Source: the human T2T-CHM13v2.0 reference genome, Homo sapiens. From it: a DNA stretch of 64,000 nt. The stretch lies in assembly GCF_009914755.1 (NCBI RefSeq), contig NC_060937.1, one strand, 5' to 3'. The position numbers were made by a program, and so were the translations under genes. The notes under the pieces were generated by a model. It was not told where the DNA came from. It worked only from the letters and a program-made list of their open reading frames with translations, and made no database searches. This document shows positions 1-15,878 of this stretch, one piece after another (position 1 is the first letter of the stretch; each line of letters begins with the position of its first letter).

Positions 1-2685
<2,685 letters not shown>

Positions 2686-3490
2686 CTTGCAGAACTTAAA
2701 AGCAAATATTTTAAAAATTCAGAAAAAAAAAACCCAACAAAATAGAATATCCGAGAATTGTGGGACAACTGCAAGAGGTGTAACTGGCATAATGGGAATA
2801 CCAGAAACAGAACAAAGAGTGAAAGGAATAGGAGCAATATCTGAGGCAAAAATGGCTGAGCATTTCCCCAAGTAGACAGGAGATATCAAACCACAAATCC
2901 AGAAATTTCAGAGAAAACCCATCAGGATAAATGTCATAAAACTCTACCTAGGCATTTAACATTCAAACTTCATAAAGTTGAAGATAAATAAAATAACTTC
3001 AAAGAGGCTGAGGAATAAAACACCTGATATATGGAGGAGAAAAGATAATCATATATCTTACTTTTCTGTACCTATGGAAGTAAGGGGAGAGTGAAATAAA
3101 ATATTTAAAGTGTTGACAAAACAAAACAAAAACAAAACACCAAAGTAGAAGAGCTAGAAGAGAGTAAGATGACATATTCAAAGTGCTAAAAAGAAAAAAA
3201 ACTTCAACTAAAAATATTATAGCTGGTAAAATTGTCCTTCAAAAATGAAGGTGAGATCAAAATTTTTTCAGACATAGAAAACTGAGGAAGTCCATCACCA
3301 TTAGACTAGCCTTCCAAAGAAATGCTAAAGGGAGCTTATCAAGTTGATGCTAACTAAAAGCATGAAAATTTATGAAAGTAAAAATCTCACTGTAAAGGTA
3401 AGCTTAAGCATATAGTCAAATTTAGCATAATCTAATACTGTAAGAGCAGTGAGCAAATTTTTTAATCCAGCATAAAAGTTAAAAAATAAA
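2686..3490 (+). mobile_element. Ancient L1M ORF1-region remnants
   Basis: Degenerate ORF1 motifs (GIPE..., AEHFPK, gacatattcaaagtgct = DIFKVL) in A-rich sequence. Confidence 0.75.
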
Positions 3491-3558
3491 ATTATTATTA
3501 TTGTTATTATTATCATTATTATTATTATTTTGAGACGGAGTCTTGCTCTGTCATCCAG
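3491..3558 (-). mobile_element. Alu 3' terminal fragment with (ATT)n tail
   Basis: (att)n followed by tttgagacggagtcttgctctgtcatccag, the reverse-complemented Alu 3' end. Confidence 0.85.
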
Positions 3559-3805
<247 letters not shown>

Positions 3806-6800
3806 TCTGTGCAAATGGTTACCAAAAGAGAACAGCGGTGGCTTTGTGTATATCAGACAAAATAGACCTTAAATCAAAAACTGTAATGAGAGACAAAGGA
3901 GGTCTCTATAATGAAAAGGGGTTCAATTATCCCTGCACCCACTGTTAGAGCACCTAAATATATAAAGCAAATATTGACAGAACATAAGAAAGAAACGGAC
4001 AGAAGTACAATAGCAAGGGAACTTTAATACTGTACTTTCAACAAATCAATAAATCATCCCTGTAGAAAATTAATAAGAAAACAGTGGACTTGAACAACAC
4101 TAAGGAACAAATGAAACTAAACATATATAGAAATTCCACCCAACAGCTGCAGAAGGAACAATCTTTTCAAATGCACAAATAACATTCAGGATAAATATTT
4201 CAGAACACTAAACAAATGTTGACAAATTTAAAATTGTATCAAGTATCTTTCCTAACCGAAATGGTATAAAACCAGAAGTCAACAAGTGGAAGAATTTTGA
4301 AAAATTCACAAATATATGGAAATTAAATAGCAGGCTTCTGAAGAACCAATTTGTAAGAAAGGAAAGGAAGGGAGGGAGGGAGGGAGGGAGGGAGGGAAGG
4401 AGATGGATATCTTGAGGCAAAGGATCAGAAAACTACAACACACTAAAATGCGAGATGCAGAAATAGAAGTTATAAAAGGAAAGATTATAGTGACAAATGT
4501 CTAGATATAAAAAGAAAAGAGATCTCAAAAAACAACCTAACTTTACATCTCAAGGAAATAGAAAAAGAAGAACAAACTAAGCCCAAAGGTAGCAGAAGGA
4601 AAGAAATAATAAATATCAGAGCAGAAATAATGAAGTAGTGACTAGAAAAATAACAGAAAAGATCAATGAAACTAGGAGTTGGTTTTTAGAAAATAAAGTA
4701 GGCAAACCTTTACCTTGACTAATAAAAAAAGAAAGGGAACTGAAATAAAATTATGAAAGACATTACAACTGACACCACAGAAATACCAAGTATTATGAGA
4801 TTACTATGAACAATTATATGACAACAAATTGGATCATGTAGGAGAAATGGATAAATTCCTAGAAACCAACTAAGACTGAATCATGAAGAAATGGAAAATC
4901 TGAATAGACTGATAATGAGTAAGGAGACTGAATCGGTAATCAAAAACTTCTCAACAAAGAAAATCCCAGGAACTGATCCCTTTATAGGCTAATTCTACCA
5001 AATATTTAAATAATTGATTCCAGTCCTTCAAACTCTTTTAAAAATTGGAGAGGAAGGAACACTTCCTAACTCATTTTATGAGTCCAGCATTACTCTGATA
5101 CCAAAGCCAAGCAAACACTGCAATAAAAAAAAATTACAAGACAGTATCCCTGATGAATACGGATGCAAAAATCTTCAAAAAAAAAAAAAAGACTAACAAA
5201 CCAAATTCAGCAGCACATTAAAAGGATCATACACTATGATCAAGTGAAAATTATCCCTGGGAAGCAAGAGTGGTTTTAACATACATAAATCAATAAAGGT
5301 GGTGCACAATGACACAATGAGTGAACACAATCATATAATCATCTCAATAGATGCAGAAAAAACATTCAACAGAATTCAAGATCCTTTCACGATAAAAACT
5401 CAGTAAATTAGATACAGAAGAAATATACTTCAACATAATAGAAGCCATATACAACAAACAGACATGTAATTTTATATTCGATAGTAAAAACCTGAAAGTT
5501 TTTCCTCTAAGATCAGGAAAAAGACAAAGATGCTGACTCTGGCTACTTCTATGCAGTATTGTACTAGAAGTTCTGGCCAGACTAATTTGGTAAGAAAGAG
5601 AAATAAAAGGTATCCAAATCAGAAAACAAAGTAAAATCATCTCTTTGTATATGACATAATTTTATATACAGAAAACAAGTCCTAAACACTTCACCCAAAA
5701 AACAGTTAGTACTAATAAATCTAATACAGTTTTAGGATACAAATGGTTTTCCATCATATAAAAAAGTTCTGTACGGCAAAGAAAAAAATATATAAAATGA
5801 AGAAGCAACTTAGAAAATGAGAAAAAATTGCAAATCATAATCTTATCAGGGGTTACTATCCGAAATATATAAAAAATTCTAATAACTTAATAGCAAGAAA
5901 ACAAATAATCTAATTGAAAAATGGGCAAAGGACCTGAACAGACATTTCTCAAAAGAAGATATATGAATGACTAACATGTATATGAAAAAAATGGTTAACA
6001 TTACTAATCATCAGGGAAATGTAAATTAAAACCACAAGGATACTTATTAGAATGGGTATATCAAAAAAGACAAAAGATAAATATTGGTGAAAATGTAGAG
6101 AAAAGGGAAACTTTGTACATGTTGGTGTGAATTTGAATTAGTACAGTCGTTATGGAAAACAGTATGGAGGTCCCTCAAAAACCTAAAAATAGAACTAACA
6201 CATGATCCAGCAATCCCACTTCTGAATACCTATCCAAATGTAGTGAAATAAGTATGTTAAAGAGATATCTGCATTTCCATGTTCATAACAACATTATTCA
6301 CAACAGCCAAGATATGGAATCAACTTAAGTGTCCATCAAGAAATGAATGCATAAATATTATACACACACACAACCACACATAACAGAATACTATTTACCC
6401 TTCAAAAATTAGGAAATCCTGTTATTTACAACAACACGGATGAACCTGGAGGACATTAAGCTAAGCGATAAAAGCCACACACAGAAAAACAAATTCTCTA
6501 CGGTCTCACATATGTGTAGAATCTAAAAACATCTAACATTTAGAAGCAGAGCAGAATGATGGCTGCCAGGGCTGGAGGTGAGGGAAATGGAAAGATGTTG
6601 GTCAAAAGGTACAAATGTTCAGTTTTGCAGGATGAATAATTTCTGGAGATCTAACATACATATGGCAGCTAGAGTTAATAAAATTGCATTGGATACTTGA
6701 AATTTGCTAAGAGTCCATTTTAAATGTTCTCATCACATACACACAAAAAGGTAACTGTGATGAATATGCTAATTAACTTGATTGTGGTAATCATTTCATC

Positions 6801-6905
6801 ATATATATGTGTGCATGTGTGTATATATATATAGATATCTCAAAACATCAAGTTGTATACCTCAAATATATACAACTGTTATTTGTCTATTGTACCTTAG
6901 TAAAT
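3806..6905 (+). mobile_element. Old L1 (L1MA-like): degenerate ORF2 with an internal deletion near 5745, plus 3'UTR
   Basis: ORF2 remnants ([20 protein letters not shown] at 5014-5196). L1MA-type 3'UTR ttctggagatctaa...ttgaaatttgctaagag...aattaacttgattgtggtaatcatttc. Confidence 0.88.
4361..4400 (+). repeat. (GGGA)n purine microsatellite
   Basis: ggaaaggaagggagggagggagggagggagggagggaagg. Confidence 0.95.
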
Positions 6906-6909
6906 TTAT

Positions 6910-9440
6910 AAAGTAATAAGTGCAAAACATTCTAATCAAAAGGCAGAGGTTAGCAGAATGGATAAAAAATAATAGCATAACCATATGGTGGCTGTAAGAG
7001 ATACAATTTAGAATCAAAGAGACAAATAGGTCGAAAGGGTAGAAAATGATATACCACGTAAACAGTAACCAAGAGAGTTGGAATGGCTATACTAATATCA
7101 GACAAAATAGACTTCAATTAAAAAACTGTTTCTACAGGAAGGACATTTTATAATGATAAATGGGTTAATCCACCATGAGGAGATAATAAGTGTAAACATA
7201 TATTCACTAAATAATGAAGTAAAAACTGACAGAATATAAGGAGAAATAGATAATTCCATAATAATAGTTGAAGATTACAATACTCACTTCCTGTAATGGA
7301 TACAGACCATACAGACAGAGATAAACAAGAAAAAAGGAGACTTCAACAATGCTGTAAACCAACTACATGTAACAGAAATCTGTAAAACACAGCTACCAAC
7401 ACAGAAGATTATACACATTCCATTCAAGTGCACAAGAAACTTTCTCCAGGATAGTCTATATTATAAACCATAAAACAAGTCTTGATGAATTTAGAATCAT
7501 TATGGATATGAATTATGCATATAGACAGAGATAAATAAGGAAAAGACTTCAACAATGCTATAAACCAAGTAGACATAACAGAAATCTGTAAAACACTGCT
7601 ACCAACCCAGAAGATTATATACATTTCACTCAAGTGCACAAGAAACACTCTCCAGGATAGTCTATATTATAAACCATAAAACAAGTCTTGATGAATTTAA
7701 AATCATTGAAATCATACAAAATATGTTCTCTGACCTATAATAGAATACAAATAGAAAAAATAACTGAAGAAAATTTGAAATATCACAAGAATGTGGAAAT
7801 TAAACAATACACTACTAAACAACAAATGGTTCAAAGACATATCACAAAAGAAATGAGAAAATACTTTGAGATGAATGAAAAGGTAAATAAAACATACTCA
7901 AAATATTGGGATGAGGCTGAAGCAATGCTTTCAGAAGTTATAGCTGTAAATGACTATTTTAAAAAGAAGTAAGATTAGAGCAGAAATAAATAAAATGGAG
8001 AATAGAAAAACATACAGAAAAAAATTAAGAAAGCCAAAACTTGGTTCTTTGAAAAGTTCATCCTGTAGCTAGACTTACCAAAAAAAAAGACTCAAATTGC
8101 TAAAATCACGAATTATAGAGAGGAAGGGATATTACTGCCAATCTAACATACATAAAAGGATTATAAAGTAATATAAAAAACCATGTGCCAACAAATGAGA
8201 TAACCTAGAGGAAACAGACAAATTGCTAGAAAGGTAAACTACATAAAGTTACTCAAGAAGAAATAAATACTCTGAATAGATATATAACAAGTAAACAAGT
8301 AAAAAGATTGAATTAGTAATCAAAAAAAAAATTCCCACAAAGAAAAATCCAAGATCAGATAGCTTTACCAGTGAGTATTAACAAGTTTTCAAAATATTTA
8401 ACACCAATCTTTCATGAGCTTTTCAAAAAAACAAAAGAAAAACTGGAAACAGTTTCTAAAACATTTGATGAAGCTAGTGTTACCCTGATGCTAAAACCAG
8501 ACAAAGGCTTCAAGAGAAAATAAAACAATAGTATTCAATATTTGCGAATACAGATACTAAAACATTGAACTAAATACTAAAAAATCCCTATTCAGCAACA
8601 TATAAAAAGAATTATGCACCAAGGATATAACCAAGTAGGATTTTTCTAAAGTATGTGTAGTTGTTTCAAAGTGCGAAAACCAATTAAAGTATAAACCATA
8701 TTAATATAAGAACATAATCCATATTATCATCTTAATAGACTCGGAAAAATCATTTAACAAAATGCAACACATTTTCATGATAACAAACAATTTAAATACT
8801 AGAAATATGAAGGAACTTCCTCAATCTGCTGAAGGATGTCTATGCAAAACCCATTGTTATTATCATACTTTATAATGAGACTGAAAACCCTCCTCTTAAA
8901 ATCAGCAACAAGACAAGGATGTCTGTTCTAACCACTTCTAATCAACATTGTACTGAAAGTTCTAGATAGAAAAATTAGGGAAGAAAAATAAATTTTAAAA
9001 CATTTAAATTTGATATGAAGAATAATACTATCTCTATTCTCAAGTATAATCTTACACATTGAAATCCCTAAGAAATGCACGCATACAAAAAATAGTAGAG
9101 CTAATAAACAAGTTCAGCTACATTGCAAGAGCAATATTTTAAAAATCAATTGTATTTCTATATACTAGCAGAAAACAATCCTAAAATGAAATGAAAACAA
9201 TTCAATTTACTATAGTATCAAAAATACTTCAGAAACAAACTGGACAAATGAAGTACAAGATTTGTGCACTGAAATCTGCAAACCATTGTTGAAAGAAATA
9301 TATTGAAAAATTAATTATATGTTGAAAGACCTACATAAATGGCAAGACATTCCATATTTATGGATTGTAAGACATAATAAGCTAGCAAAACTCCCTAATT
9401 TGACCTACCCCCTCAATACAATTGTTAACAAAATCCCAGT
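6910..9440 (+). mobile_element. Old L1M ORF2 remnant (endonuclease to RT region) with an internal tandem duplication
   Basis: Starts with ORF2 EN-like sequence (ctaatcaaaaggcagaggttagcagaatggat; gctatactaatatcagacaaaatagacttc). RT-region remnants (aacaagacaaggatgtc...ttctaatcaacattgtactgaaagttctag). Confidence 0.85.
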
Positions 9441-10464
9441 CATGTTGAACTAAGAAAATAAGGGTAACACCCAGTTAATTATAAAATTCACAATGGAAAG
9501 AAAGTGAGTCCTTGAACCTTAGTTCATGTGTGTGCTTTCTCCCTTCATGTCCTTTGTTTAAATTTACTGGCAGTGTGAGTTTGATGTTGTCAGGGTATAA
9601 TAATGAACAAAATTAATAAATAATAAATCTGTATTATATGGGCTCCCAAAACTTACTCATAGATATCCAAAACTGTGGCAAATAATTTTCTGCATATTCA
9701 AACTCTGGGAAAACTAAACTATCTCCTAAATCACTAAAGGATGAGTACTTAGAGAAATTCATGCTTAGTTTTGCATGTCAAATGTAAATGTGAGAAAGTA
9801 AAGCTATTGTCAAAGTAAGAAGCTAAGAAATAAATCCCAAGGCACTCCAGAAAATAAAGTGTACTTTATTCAGACTTTACCAACAACAAAAGAAAGGAAC
9901 ATCAATAAAGGAAATAAGTCTTAAGTTGAAACCTGAAATAAAAGTAAGAATTTTCATAGCAGAAAAGGGAAAGCAATAAAAGAAGGAAGAAAAGAAGGCA
10001 TGGAATATGACCAACTATTAAGAGGCAAGAAGAACACAATGTAGTTGGCTAACAAACAGCACAGGATATAATGTCAAATAATTTATACCACTTATTTTTG
10101 CATGCCGAACTTCATGGTTTCATTTGCTATGTGTATTCTCCAAAATCCAAACCATGTTGTCCCAGTCCAGCTGTTTCTAAAAGACTGCAGAGGGATATAA
10201 ACAAGGGCCCACTGCCTATTGCAATGGCAGATCTCAAAGAATTTCAAATCAGCCTGTCAAAGCCAGTATTTCTTACCTGCTTCTTTCCAACTCTCTCTTC
10301 TCCAAAATGTGCTTCCTATGTTCTTATGTTCTTTTTCTGTCCTTATTTTTTTTGTTTGTTTTTGTTTGTTTAGGCCCTGGTCATTTATTTCCTTGATTAC
10401 AGTGACAGCCACCTAACTGGTCTCTGATCTCTTTAACTCCCAACATATGGGTCTAGACCTTTAT

Positions 10465-10632
10465 TGGAATCATAGAACTGCTCTGAGAGTAATGGATGCT
10501 TTCCCAGCAAAAATGTACATATGCACTCAACATGGAAAATTTTGCCTACAATTTTGAAAGGATTATGTATCCATGAGTCCCATCGTTATGCCTTATACCA
10601 GTTATCGGACACCAGGTTAAGAGTTCCTAGGT
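10465..10632 (-). mobile_element. hAT-Charlie/MER-type DNA transposon remnant
   Basis: aaaatgtacatatgcac...aaaattttgcctacaatttt...ccaggttaagagttcct resembles a non-autonomous Charlie-type consensus. Subfamily not determined. Confidence 0.5.
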
Positions 10633-11719
10633 TAAACTACTCTCAAAACTTCTGCCAGAGTAATCATAAGGAAGTAAATCTATAGGGAGACTATTCTATA
10701 TGATAAAATTCAAAATCTTTGACACAGCATAGAAGGCCTATCAGTTGCCATTCTCCACATGTCCAGCCTTTCATTTGCCACTTACCCTCTTCTCTGGTAT
10801 GAACCACTATAATTTTCTAAAAAGTACCTCCTTGATATTGTCACTACTTTACTCATTCTGTTCTCACTGCTGGAAAAGTCCTCTATTTTCATCATCTACA
10901 TGCTTTCTCAGGTTGTTTAGGCATTATATTCCCCAATTAGATATTACCAAATTTCTTTATTTCACTTCCGTCTTCTACCTGGAATAGTTGTCACTCCTAG
11001 AAGCAACCTCTGTTCTGGTGGTTAACTCCAGAGTGGACCTGCAGGTGTTCATATAAACTCTCCCAAATCCATGAATGATTAACTGGAAGCTTTCTATGTT
11101 AACTTTTCTTGAGAGGGGTGATAGAATGCTTTGACAGGCAACAGTCGTCCTTCCCTTTCTTCTCTACAGGGAAATAAAGGGAAAGTTTCTTAACATTTAT
11201 GACCACAAGCACCGTTTTTTCCATATAGCGTATGGATGATTCAACATTTTCCCTTCCTTCTCTAATCCTCTAATAAAGAATGGGGAAAAGGTGTAACAGA
11301 TATAGTTGTGCTGCCTTATACTAAGTCCTTCAAGAAATATTTTCTCCAATTCTTAATGTCAGTCTTTAGCACAGGGTGTTGGGTACCAACTGACTTTGTG
11401 TGTTCAGCTATCTTTGCCATTTGACCCCCAGAACCTCCTTTTTTGGTCGTTGTGTCTCATCAAGTTCCTTGTTAGTGCAGAGATTTTTTTCCTCCTGCAG
11501 ATCACACACAACTTCATAAGACTCACATCAATTCATAAGGTTTGATAGAGAACACAAACCAGGCCATCCCAGTGTAATGCTCCATTTATTCCTATAAACA
11601 TCTATACACAAATGTTTCTGTCCTCCCTAGGGCCAAACCCCAAATCTCTCATCCATATTGTCAGGTTAGTTCTGTTTTTCCAAACATTCCTGAAGTAGCA
11701 ATGGAACATATTCAATTCA

Positions 11720-11975
11720 AACCTAGATCCTCACTACAGAGCTATTATACAGCATTTGCCACATTGCAATGTAATATGTCTGCTTCACAGAGTATGACCT
11801 CATTAAGGCTAACAACTTCATATATTAATTCAATGTCTTAAAGCATCTAGCACATAATTAGCACATAGGGCTTAGAATAGTGGTTAGAAACAAATTGCTG
11901 GGAAAATGAAATGAGATAATGTTTATAAAATAGTGCCTGGCATATAGTGGGCATTTAGTAAATATCAGCTTATTC
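11720..11975 (+). mobile_element. L2 3' end and MIR fragments
   Basis: gcatctagcacataattagcacataggg (L2-like); atgagataatgtttataaaatagtgcctggcatatagtgggcatttagtaaat (MIR-like). Confidence 0.55.
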
Positions 11976-12749
11976 TAGTAGGCAATGATTACATGCGTGC
12001 TGATTGTCAAGGATAAAGGTAAAAGAAAAGTTTTACAATATCTTTTATTTTTAACAATTTTATATAACTGTAACAATATCCAACACATATTTGTCTAGTT
12101 CTAGTTTGCAAATTTAAGTTGTTTTTTAAGACTCCAGGTGTCCATGTGTCTTAAACAAAGACATTTCTCAGTAGACATTCTTATAAAATAGAAAGCCTCA
12201 CTGAGAATTACAAAAATGTAACAGCCTATCCCTTTTTACAGCTGGGCACCATTTCCTGAGGCTATATAGTATGTACTGCACAGAAAGGAACAGAAAGAAA
12301 GCTGACATCTTAAAATTATATCACCAAAAACATTAACAGCCTCAGGCAAAGGAACAAATGAAAATTTACAATGAATGTAAGAAATACAATGAATTGAAGA
12401 TGTGAAGAGCAACAGTAATAAAAGTATGAGAACTGTAGAACAACTTAGCAAATATCTACTTATCTGCTGCAGAAAACAACTAAGACAACGTATGGGAATA
12501 CATGCCAGCATATATGCGGGTAAACTGATCAATGTTTTTGGTAACTTTTTTTAAAGCTGACATAGATCAGAATTATGCCTTTTCAACTGTTTTTTTTTTT
12601 TTTTTTGGCAGTATAGCCTTTAAAAGAATTTATATGTAAAACTTACATACAAAGCCACTATATAAGACACGTAAGTGAGCAAAACTATTACAGTTCTTTT
12701 TGCTTACATTCCTGCTTCCCAATAACCTATCATCCATAGAGTTCCCAAA

Positions 12750-13326
12750 GTATATCAGGTGACTTCCCTGTTTTACTGAAAACCATCCCCATGTTTGTTA
12801 TGAACAGAGACTACGAAGTTGACATCTTACCTTGTCCTACAGAATCCCATGAGATCTGGTCTCTTCCAGTGTTTCTAACTCTATCTCATCCCCCCTACCC
12901 ACTATCTGCAAGGCTATGGGCACCATCACTCTCTACCTAATCAAGCTCAAATATTTGTTCAGAATTTTGCACTGGCTCCTCCGTCTGCCTGAAACATTCT
13001 TCTATATCATTTGTGTATACCTGGATTATTCCTATCAATCTATTCTTTATCTAAATGTTACCTCCTAAGAGAAACCGTTCCTCACCACCAAAATAAAGAA
13101 CCCACCCAATCACGTTCAATCATAACACCCCTTTTTACTCTCCATACAATACTTACCACTAGTGTCTTTTCATTTTTTTATTTTATTCTCTCTTCATCCA
13201 GTATGTGTACTCTATAAGAATAATAACCTTATCTCTTTTATTCACTAGTCTAGCAACAGTATCTCAAACAGTGTTTGGTATAGTAAGGACTGAATGAATG
13301 TAGGAATGAATGAATGAATGAATGAT
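12750..13326 (+). mobile_element. L2 LINE 3' fragment
   Basis: ttgcactggctcctccgtctgcctgaaacattct ... (tgaa)n terminal repeat at 13290-13325, typical of L2 3' ends. Confidence 0.7.
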
Positions 13327-14576
13327 GAGTGGGGCTCATCTCTTTATCCTTGTATACTGTACTTCTTTGTTTTTGCCCTCCTTGCTTTTATTTTCCTACC
13401 TTTTCATTCTGTCAGATTTTTTCAAGTACTCTGAAAAATTTTTTTAATGTGCACTTTTTCCAAATTCTTCCACATTCTCAGAAAGAGGCATGCTAGCCCT
13501 ATAAATAGAGAAATGCTATGCTTATTTGTTGAGATGAATCAGTTTCCATGTTAAGACACAGCATCCCATAGTTGTGAGTGCCCATTGCTTCTCTTCTACA
13601 TGAAAACATTTTCTGTTACGTAAACATGAGTTTTCAACCATACCAGTAGACAAAGACTGTGATCACTGTCAGTAGTCTCATCTTCCCACATTAAAGATAA
13701 TGAGAAACTGATTTGCTCCCAGCAGATCAGTTTGTTCCTTTAGCTTTACTGAGATAGCAAGATGTGGAAGGAAACCAGATGGCTGTGACTAGGAGGAGAA
13801 ATGGCACTGGAAAAGAAAAAATGCATCAATGCAAATTTTGTGAGAAATACTGAATATTTGCAGATGATTTTTTTACTCCTGTCTCCAGTTACATAAATTT
13901 TGAAGATATACATGATAGCTGTGTTATTTCCATATTTTTAAAAATTACTCTAAACATATCATGGGATTTTATTCTGAAAAAGGCAGTTTACTGATCATGG
14001 TATATTTATGTTTTCCAAAATTCCTGTAATGTGGAAGGGAAACTGGAATCATGCATATGTGAATTTTTAGTTCCTTTTGGGTCCCCTTTTAGTCCTGTGA
14101 CCTTGGGTAGCTTAATGTTTCTGAACCTCATGTTTTTATTCTGTAAATTGAAAAGAATAATAGTTCTGTTATATGATTACTATAAGTGTAAATAAATATA
14201 AGCAATTGGTCATAACACAAGATAGTCTACACAGTAGATGCTCGGAAAGTACTAAAGAATTCTTGCTTCTAGATGGAAAAGTAGAGACATAGAATGTTTA
14301 TGATGTAATAGTATATTTAAAATATTTTTATTTTTAATTCAAGAGCACATCCATCTCAGCTCTTTTGTTTAACAGCCATTGGCGTCTTTACAAAATTTAA
14401 TCCCCATCCAACCTCCGTCTTCAAGGAATATAACTCTAAACTATTTTGAAATAAGTTATTTGGCCATGTACTGAATCCTTCATACTGTGGCTACTTTTGT
14501 TCAATTTGGTATAATATTCTTATCAATATTCTTTTATCAAAAGAAAATGTCTTCACAGGAATCCTTGGTTCCATAA

Positions 14577-14993
<417 letters not shown>

Positions 14994-15462
14994 TAAATAA
15001 CAGCATATTTAAATATGCTATGTTATTTCCCTTCCTTAAACAAAATTCACAAACTCATATATCTTTCTAGTTATTACCATACCTCTAGACCTCTTCACAG
15101 GCAAGCTTCTCCAGTTGGCTTCACATTCTACTGCTTTTTCTTCCTTTTCTCGTATCTCACTTGCTCTTCAGACTTCTCCAACCTGAATCCTGTTCCCATC
15201 ATTCCACCTAAACATCTCTTGTTAGCTTCATTAATGATCTTTGTGTTGCAACTAGTGAACCATTCACAAATTTCTTCTTCCCTTCTTGGCAACTCTTGAC
15301 ATATTTATCAATATTTTTCTGCCTTTCTATTGACACGTAATATCCAACTTTACTCATTATCCTACTGTCTCTCTGAAGATCTCTTCTCAGTGTCTTAAGT
15401 CAGCTTCTTTTGTTTCTTCTCTGATTTCTAAATGGGAGGTTTCATTGCTTTGGTCTAAGCTG

Positions 15463-15878
15463 ATGCATTAGGTTGTTCTGGCATTGCTATAAAGAAATAC
15501 CTGAGACTGGGTAATTTATAAAGAAAAGAGGTTTATCTGGCTCATGGTTTTGTAAGCTGTATAGGAAGCATGACACGGGATCTGCTTCTGGGGATGCCTC
15601 AGGAAGGTTAAAATCATGGTGGAAGGTGAAGGAGAAGCAGGTCTTTCACATGGCAGCAGCAGCAGCATGAGAGAGAGCAGGGAGGTGCCACACACTTTTA
15701 CACAACCAGATTTCATGAGAACTCACTTACTATAATGAAAACAGTACTGAAAGGATGGTAATAAACCAATCATGAGGGCTCCACCACCATGAGCCAATCA
15801 CCTCCCACCAGGCCCCACCTCCAACATTGGAGATTACATTTAAACAAGAGATTTAGGCAGGGACAACAAACTACATCA
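15463..15878. mobile_element. MST (ERVL-MaLR) solo LTR, inserted in an L2 remnant spanning ~14980-16150
   Basis: attgctataaagaaatacctgagactgggtaatttataaagaaaagagg ... caatcacctcccaccaggccccacctccaacattgg. Confidence 0.9.
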
